In this document: piece after piece, positions 45,691-53,268 of the stretch | How the letters are laid out: every line of letters starts with the position of its first letter | Position numbering within the stretch: the stretch's first letter is position 1 | Assembly: GCF_001194135.2 (NCBI RefSeq) | Contig: NC_069003.1 | Span: forward strand, 30,206,686 to 30,259,953 | Length of the DNA stretch: 53,268 nucleotides | Direction of reading: 5' to 3' | Source of the DNA: Octopus bimaculoides | Taxonomy: Eukaryota | Notes under the pieces: generated by a model | The model's database searches: none | Told to the model about the DNA's origin: nothing | Seen by the model: only the letters and a program-made list of their open reading frames with translations | Made by a program: the position numbers and the translations under genes

Positions 45691-47088
45691 CACATACACA
45701 TGATGTGTGTTTAAATATAATAAGCATAATATGAAAGTGGAAATATACAATATATATGTGCATGTGTGTACACACACATGCACACAAGATTTCTTTTTCC
45801 TTCCTTTTTATTAAAATTTTCAAGCAACTCTGGTGGAAATGATAGGAGAAGTGTAGAGGGGATGGCAAAGCTGACAGGGCGGTGAGGGTTCGGAATGGAA
45901 AATTTATGGCTCTCATATGAAGGTGAAATTTATACTCCAAGAATCTGCTGAATGTGATTTCAAATCAAAATAGGGATTATATGAATAAATAAATATAAAT
46001 AAGAAGGAAAAAGGCTCCATTTTGGAATTGTTTTTGGTTGGGGTGTTTTAAATTTTATTTTATTTTCAACGGATTTTTTTTTTTCTTTTGTTTTTCGGTT
46101 TTCATTTGAAGTTTGTGTTTTGTTTCAAAGACCGAATCATGGTTTGTAATATCTAGCTTAATTCATGTTTATTAAACTAGACTTTAGCGTGTGCATATAC
46201 GTTATTGTTATCATCATATATGTGTGTATGTGTTTATATGTATATTTGAACAAAAAATTATGTATGCATATATATATATATATATATATATATAAGCAAT
46301 GTTAATTCTCTAAATGAAGTATTAACAGTAACTGCACGATAAAGTGATAACAGTAACTGCACAATATCAGTGAAGAATGTCACTGGAAAAGAAGATATAA
46401 GATTTTGCCAGGTTTTTCTCTCTCACCAAGGTCATCAGCTGTCGAACGCCGAAGAAGGGAAATAACCCTGAAATCCGGATACGTTCGTGCTGCTGGTCGT
46501 GGTGAGAGGGATAACTCCCTTGGCAAACAGGACACAGTCGTGTGTCGATAAGCCAGCTGGCGGAGATGTCCTCCTGGGGCTAAAAGCAACAGTAACATCC
46601 ACCCCTAGGGGTCAGCCACACTTAAGTGGCAATATACTACACTTTATATATATATATATATATATATGTATACACATTTTTTTGTTCACACACATACACA
46701 CACACACATATATATATATTTGTATGTTTCTATTTATAATTTTGTGTGTGTGTGTGTGTGAGTATACATATATGTCTACATAGATATGTGTATAGACTTT
46801 AAATAGCTGTATATATAAACATATTTACATATATATGTGCATTATATATTACATATATGTNNNNNNNNNNTTCAGTCCCACTGCGTGGCAACTTGGGCAA
46901 GTGTCTTCTGCTATAGCCTCTCGCATTTCTTCTAAGTTCCGTCTATGAATCAGACCCACGCAGATCAGACCAACTGGTATTCATTACACGTTGTGGAAGT
47001 GGTGGTCAGAGGCTACTTGTACTATTGGCGATTCTGTCTACAACAAACTCATACCCATATATCATTTGGCATTGTGTGTCTGTGTATA

Positions 47089-47133
<45 letters not shown>

Positions 47134-47950
47134 CAATAGCCAACCAATATCTTTTGGATTATGAAAGTCAGTTTCACATGTGTATGTGTGTGTATGTATG
47201 TATATATATATATATATATANNNNNNNNNNNNNNNNNNNNNNNNNNNNNNNNNNNNNNNNNNNNNNNNNNNNNNNNNNNNNNNNNNNNNNNNNNNNNNNN
47301 NNNNNNNNNNNNNNNNNNNNNNNNNNNNNNNNNNNNNNNNNNNNNNNNNNNNNNNNNNNNNNNNNNNNNNNNNNNNNNNNNNNNNNNNNNNNNNNNNNNN
47401 NNNNNNNNNNNNNNNNNNNNNNNNNNNNNNNNNNNNNNNNNNNNNNNNNNNNNNNNNNNNNNNNNNNNNNNNNNNNNNNNNNNNNNNNNNNNNNNNNNNN
47501 NNNNNNNNNNNNNNNNNNNNNNNNNNNNNNNNNNNNNNNNNNNNNNNNNNNNNNNNNNNNNNNNNNNNNNNNNNNNNNNNNNNNNNNNNNNNNNNNNNNN
47601 NNNNNNNNNNNNNNNNNNNNNNNNNNNNNNNNNNNNNNNNNNNNNNNNNNNNNNNNNNNNNNNNNNNNNNNNNNNNNNNNNNNNNNNNNNNNNNNNNNNN
47701 NNNNNNNNNNNNNNNNNNNNNNNNNNNNNNNNNNNNNNNNNNNNNNNNNNNNNNNNNNNNNNNNNNNNNNNNNNNNNNNNNNNNNNNNNNNNNNNNNNNN
47801 NNNNNNNNNNNNNNNNNNNNNNNNNNNNNNNNNNNNNNNNNNNNNNNNNNNNNNNNNNNNNNNNNNNNNNNNNNNNNNNNNNNNNNNNNNNNNNNNNNNN
47901 NNNNNNNNNNNNNNNNNNNNNNNNNNNNNNNNNNNNNNNNNNNNNNNNNN

Positions 47951-47985
<35 letters not shown>

Positions 47986-47988
<3 letters not shown>

Positions 47989-48105
47989 GATGGGCTTCTT
48001 TCAGTTTCTGTCTACCAAATCCACTCACAAGGCTTTGGTCAGCCCGAGGCTATAATAGAAGACATCTGGCCAAGATGCCACGCAGTGGGACTGAACCCGG
48101 AACCA
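47986..48105 (-). mobile_element. S1 SINE 5' half; its central (TA)n runs into the gap
   Basis: tacgatgggcttctttcagtttctgtctaccaaatccactcacaaggctttgg..gggactgaacccggaaccatg. Confidence 0.88.
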
Positions 48106-48344
48106 TGTTGATGATGATATATAAAATAAAATCCTTATTTTAATAACGACCATGTGTGTGTGTGTTAGGTCCTCATCAGGGATTAAATAATCCCAAAATT
48201 TCACTAGTTAATCACTATTATATAAGGAGAAAGTCTCAACGATATGTTAGGGATCATTATAGTAATAATTATACATCCATAAATCTCCATTTTCTTCCTT
48301 TCTTTCATTATATATATGTATATATATATGTGTGTGAGTGTATG

Positions 48345-48540
48345 TCTGCATCTTTGTGTCTTTGTTCCCCACCAACACTTCAGAACCAGTCTTAGTGTGT
48401 TTACACCCCTGTAACTTAGCATTTCAGCAAAAGACTGTGATAGAATAAGTGCCTGCCTGCCTTCAAAAACGGTTCTTTGGTTGATACATTTGACTAAAAT
48501 TCTTCAAGGCAGTGCCCTAGCGTGGCTGCAAGCTAATGAC
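48345..48540 (+). mobile_element. S1 SINE, 3' half
   Basis: ctttgttcccc..gtgtgtttacacccctgtaacttagc..gatagaataagt..cttcaaggcagtgccctagcgtggc. Confidence 0.7.
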
Positions 48541-48546
48541 TATATA

Positions 48547-48733
48547 TACGGGGGTGGGGGGTGTTGGAAAGTTCCTGGCTTTAAGGGTATCACAAAGTGT
48601 CTGGTTGGATACCCAACCTCCCAAGTTGTTTTACAGAACTGAGAGGGGAATATGTTGAATAAAATCATAATTAACTGATCTTCCTGCATTCTCTTCTACC
48701 TGAAACCAGGAACTTTTCAACACCCCCTCTTGT
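48547..48733. mobile_element. mariner/Tc1-like MITE, opposite orientation to 31454-31656
   Basis: TIR ggggtgttggaaagttcctgg / ccaggaacttttcaacacccc (1 mismatch in about 22 bp); begins after TA. Confidence 0.8.
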
Positions 48734-48777
48734 GTGTATGTGTGTGTATATACACACTCGCATATGTATCATGAGTG

Positions 48778-49137
48778 GATCATCATCATCATCATTGTTT
48801 AACGTCCGCCTTCCATGCTAGTTGGACGATTTGACTGAGGGCTAGTGAACCAGATGGCTACACCAGGCTCCAATCTGATCTGGCAGAGTTTCTACAGCGT
48901 GACACAGTGTGACAAGGCTGGCCCTTTAAATTACAGGCACAAAAGAAACAGGAATAAAGAGTGAGAGAAAGTGGTGGTGAAAGAGTACAGCAGGGTTCTC
49001 CACCATCCCCTGCCGGAGCCTCATGGAGCTTTTAGGTGTTTTCGCTCAATAAACATTCACAACGCCCAGTCTGGGAATCGAAACCACGATCCTATGACCG
49101 CGAGTTCACTGCCCTAACCACTGGGCCATTGCGCCTA
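48778..49137 (-). mobile_element. S3 5' part fused to an S5 3' part
   Basis: S5 reverse ...gagtttctaCAGC joined to S3 reverse CAGCgtgacacagtgtgac at 48895-48898. Confidence 0.85.
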
Positions 49138-49391
49138 CACACACACACACACACATATATAAATAAATAAAACACACAAATACACACATACTGTACACAT
49201 GAGTTCAGCCTTAAATTCCTACTAAATCTTTTTTCTCATAAAATTCAATGATAAAGAAATGATGGATATGGATTTTCCTCTTCCCAGCTGTAGAGACATT
49301 ATATATACATATATATATATATATGTACATATATATATATATATATATGCTTTTCTGCTCTCCCATGACTATGTATTTGTGTGTATGTTTG

Positions 49392-49430
<39 letters not shown>

Positions 49431-50994
49431 ATTTGTGTAATGTATAGATCTGTGTTATGTATTTATACACAACACACACATACACATACGTATATATACA
49501 TACACGCGCACACCTTCATTTCTTATGTATATTTATGTATTTTCAGTTGTATTTATACATATGCGTATTTGTGTGCATATACACACACACGCACACACAC
49601 ACATAGCCACACACATAAACAGGTAATATAATATGTGTCTAAGTTAAAATTTGTGGTCTGTGCATATGTGTGTATATTTCCTATATGTTTTGTTACATTT
49701 TAGTTCCATTTTAGTCCGTCTAAATTTGATCCAAAATTAGAACAGTTGATATTTTGATATTTAACCCCGAGTAGTAGTAGTAGTCATGGATTTAGTGTTA
49801 CCCTCTGGTGGTTGTGGTGGTCACGATGCAATTGTAGTTGAGGTATTGTTTGTCCTTCTGATGGTCTCGTGTGATATAATGTTAGACTTGTTTCTGTGGT
49901 ATTTTATATGTCATTTTATAACTAAATGGTTCCGGCATGAAAACATACATGCATACATATGTGTGTATATGTGTATGTGTATATGTATTTATGTATGCAT
50001 GTATGTTTTCACACATTTATATGTATGTGTTGTCCAACCTACTCTCCGGCAGCGTCCAATTATCTAACGGTTTTTTTCAAGTGAATCACGTCATAACCTT
50101 ATCCATCTATTGTTTTCATACTCGGTCATAATGTCTTATGTTTAAGATGATTCCCATGCATTCCCTGAAGAGAAGGTTACAATTTTAATATCACAGATCC
50201 CTATGGATCACACAGGTTGTAATCCTTTGAAACATATGTAGGAATAAAGTATGCAATTATAATATGCGTTTTCTCCATTCCTTAAATTTTTAAATATACT
50301 CAAATACCCAAAATTTCAAGGAGTTCCTGCCTTAAAAACAGGAACTACACCACAGTTAATTTGTGTTCTTTGCTACATTGGTTTCTATNNNNNNNNNNNN
50401 NNNNNNNNNNNNNNNNNNNNNNNNNNNNNNNNNNNNNNNNNNNNNNNNNNNNNNNNNNNNNNNNNNNNNNNNNNNNNNNNNNNNNNNNNNNNNNNNNNNN
50501 NNNNNNNNNNNNNNNNNNNNNNNNNNNNNNNNNNNNNNNNNNNNNNNNNNNNNNNNNNNNNNNNNNNNNNNNNNNNNNNNNNNNNNNNNNNNNNNNNNNN
50601 NNNNNNNNNNNNNNNNNNNNNNNNNNNNNNNNNNNNNNNNNNNNNNNNNNNNNNNNNNNNNNNNNNNNNNNNNNNNNNNNNNNNNNNNNNNNNNNNNNNN
50701 NNNNNNNNNNNNNNNNNNNNNNNNNNNNNNNNNNNNNNNNNNNNNNNNNNNNNNNNNNNNNNNNNNNNNNNNNNNNNNNNNNNNNNNNNNNNNNNNNNNN
50801 NNNNNNNNNNNNNNNNNNNNNNNNNNNNNNNNNNNNNNNNNNNNNNNNNNNNNNNNNNNNNNNTGAAAGGGCGTTTTATTCATACACACTAACATTAAAC
50901 ATCCAACAGAGCAGTCTCACTTCATTTCCTTTCAGCCATCAAGCATCTTTCTACATTCTAGAGGAGCAGTAACTCAGAAAAGACTTCACATGGG

Positions 50995-51125
50995 GGAGGG
51001 CATCCAGCTGTAGAAACTCTGCCAGATCAGATTGGGGCCTGATGCAGCCATCTGGCTCACCAGTCCTCAGTCAAATCGTCCAACCCATGCTAGCATGGAA
51101 AGCGGACGTTAAACGATGAGGATGA
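50995..51125 (+). mobile_element. S5 element, 3' part
   Basis: ggagggcatccagctgtagaaactctgccagatcagattgg...gcggacgttaaacgatgaggatgatgatg. Confidence 0.88.
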
Positions 51126-52712
51126 TGATGATGGGGAGAACGTAGAGTTTGCATAGTAAAGCTAAAGCAACCCATCTGAGAGAATTGCAAGTGTTCTCTG
51201 GTGCAGATGGTATGATTAGATGCATCCAATTCATATGGTTGAGTGGTTGGTGACAGGAAGGGCACCCGGCTGTAAGAGACACTGCTCAAATCATGATAGA
51301 GAAAAAAGTATATGAACACACATATGTGCACACATAGATACACAGACACACACACACACACACACACACACGCGCATATGCACACACACCCATGTATATA
51401 GTCAGACATTGACATGTGTATTCAGTGTATATATGTGTATATTTAAGAAAATGTGTGTGTGTGTGTGTGTGTGTAAATGTTTTATTGTTTTTGTATTGAT
51501 GTCTTCATGCAAACACGCACGCACACTCACATATACACACTGACACATATTACTGCACAAGTATATATGCATGCATGCGTGTGTGTGTGTGAGTATATAT
51601 ATATATATATATGTGTGTATATATATCTTTGTATGTATATTGGGTGTGTTTTGGTCAGTCATTTTAGATTGACAATGTTGAAATTCGAAACCTGAATGTT
51701 TATTGTAGATGTGTTTTTTTTAGTTTATTTATTTATTTTTTTACGTGCTTAAAAAAAGTCCTGGGTAAATCTTTTTTTTTTGTATATTAGCTTTTCATTG
51801 TTTTGTTTGTTTTGTTTTATAATTTCTTTTAAGTGCAGGGGTGTATAAGGGGTGGCATGATATGTTTGTGTATTTCATAGATGGTGATTTCTCTGGGTTT
51901 TGGAGGGGTGGCTTAACTTCAAAGCCTTCTCAGTGTGTGTNNNNNNNNNNNNNNNNNNNNNNNNNNNNNNNNNNNNNNNNNNNNNNNNNNNNNNNNNNNN
52001 NNNNNNNNNNNNNNNNNNNNNNNNNNNNNNNNNNNNNNNNNNNNNNNNNNNNNNNNNNNNNNNNNNNNNNNNNNNNNNNNNNNNNNNNNNNNNNNNNNNN
52101 NNNNNNNNNNNNNNNNNNNNNNNNNNNNNNNNNNNNNNNNNNNNNNNNNNNNNNNNNNNNNNNNNNNNNNNNNNNNNNNNNNNNNNNNNNNNNNNNNNNN
52201 NNNNNNNNNNNNNNNNNNNNNNNNNNNNNNNNNNNNNNNNNNNNNNNNNNNNNNNNNNNNNNNNNNNNNNNNNNNNNNNNNNNNNNNNNNNNNNNNNNNN
52301 NNNNNNNNNNNNNNNNNNNNNNNNNNNNNNNNNNNNNNNNNNNNNNNNNNNNNNNNNNNNNNNNNNNNNNNNNNNNNNNNNNNNNNNNNNNNNNNNNNNN
52401 NNNNNNNNNNNNNNNNNNNNNNNNNNNNNNNNNNNNNNNNNNNNNNNNNNNNNNNNNNNNNNNNNNNNNNNNNNNNNNNNNNNNNNNNNNNNNNNNNNNN
52501 NNNNNNNNNNNNNNNNNNNNNNNNNNNNNNNNNNNNNNNNNNNNNNNNNNNNNNNNNNNNNNNNNNNNNNNNNNNNNNNNNNNNNNNNNNNNNNNNNNNN
52601 NNNNNNNNNNNNNNNNNNNNNNNNNNNNNNNNNNNNNNNNNNNNNNNNNNNNNNNNNNNNNNNNNNNNNNNNNNNNNNNNNNNNNNNNNNNNNNNNNNNN
52701 NNNNNNNNNNNN

Positions 52713-52860
52713 ACCAGCCATATCCGACCCAGAATTTCTTCCTGTTTCGTGCTCGGATCAATCAGATCTCGCTTCTCACACCTACCCTACAATGCCATTC
52801 TAAAAATAAACAACCACGTCATGAAAATCGTGAAGCTACTAGATAATGCATGGTTAATTA
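52713..52860. mobile_element. MITE-B copy (reverse), cut by a gap
   Basis: ctcacacctaccctacaatgccattctaaaaataaacaa...gataatgcatgg matches 29785-29874. Confidence 0.65.
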
Positions 52861-52876
52861 AAACCTACATGAATAA

Positions 52877-53048
52877 AGGCGTAGGAGTGGCTGTGTGGTA
52901 AGTAGCTTGCTTCCCAACCACATGGTTCCGGGTTCAGTCCGACTGCGTGGCACCTTGGGCAAGTGTCTTCTACTATAGCCTCGGGCCGACCAAAGCCTTG
53001 TGAGTGGATTTGGTAGACGGAAACTGAAAGAAGCCCGTCGTATATATG
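52877..53048 (+). mobile_element. S1 SINE 5' half, low divergence
   Basis: ggcgtaggagtggctgtgtggtaagtagcttgcttcccaaccacatggttccgggttcagtcc...gaagcccgtcgtatatatg. Confidence 0.92.
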
Positions 53049-53069
53049 TGAAAAATATGTGAAAATAAT

Positions 53070-53268
53070 TCACTGCCATTCACTATCACCATACCAGTAA
53101 ACAACAATCATCCCCATCACCATCATCATCATCATCATTACTAATACTGCCACCCCCATCACCACCACCACCACCACCACAAACATTATCATTACAGCCA
53201 CGACGACCATCATCACCAGCACCAACATCACCACCACAACCATCATCACCACCACCACCTGCATCACC
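53070..53268. repeat. Degenerate (CAC/CAT)n low-complexity tract
   Basis: Near-continuous cac/cat triplets. Confidence 0.9.

Noticed and set aside
48128-48185. Minus-strand CTGATGAGGACC with possible stems I and II (hammerhead near-miss)
   Set aside because: The essential GAAA and a valid stem III/cleavage triplet are missing.
49795-49815. CTCF-like CCACCAGAGGG (minus strand)
   Set aside because: Only the 11-bp core matches and the 3' GCGC/GCAG part is absent; a chance match in 53 kb is plausible.
7154-52712. Content of the N-gaps
   Set aside because: Several kb are unsequenced; exons or elements could lie there, but nothing can be claimed.
2110-53048. tRNA genes suggested by A/B boxes
   Set aside because: All are SINE heads; the cloverleaf and acceptor stems are not intact and each runs into a repeat body.
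1224-53267. Most ORFs in the supplied track ([12 protein letters not shown], poly-I/L/N/D/M and X-filled)
   Set aside because: They are translations of di/trinucleotide repeats, SINE bodies or N-gaps, with no domain-like sequence.

Overview
AT-rich, gap-ridden eukaryotic non-coding DNA. It looks like an octopod cephalopod, most likely an Octopus short-read scaffold (inferred from SINE sequences and microsatellite density, not proven). No intact protein-coding gene is supported: nearly every ORF in the supplied track is a microsatellite or N-gap artefact. The window is a mosaic of about five SINE-like families (called S1-S5 here), piggyBac-, hAT-, mariner- and Tigger-type MITEs, micro/minisatellites and local duplications. 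Two fossil fragments of restriction-like-endonuclease (RLE) LINEs are recognisable by hand translation: an R4/Dong-type C-terminus sitting inside (TAA)n repeats (39381-39735) and a CRE-like PD..D domain (35491-35735). Best second-look items: a short-stem-III, dimer-type hammerhead ribozyme fold of the Penelope-element kind (8340-8376, one core substitution); a perfect 48-bp inverted repeat (6192-6316); a 422-bp foldback (29562-29983); a composite hAT element with an 8-bp TSD whose left end is amplified in a 120-bp satellite; and combinatorial swapping of SINE heads and tails visible within this one window. I found no convincing new gene system. SINE boundaries are approximate to about +/-10 bp.
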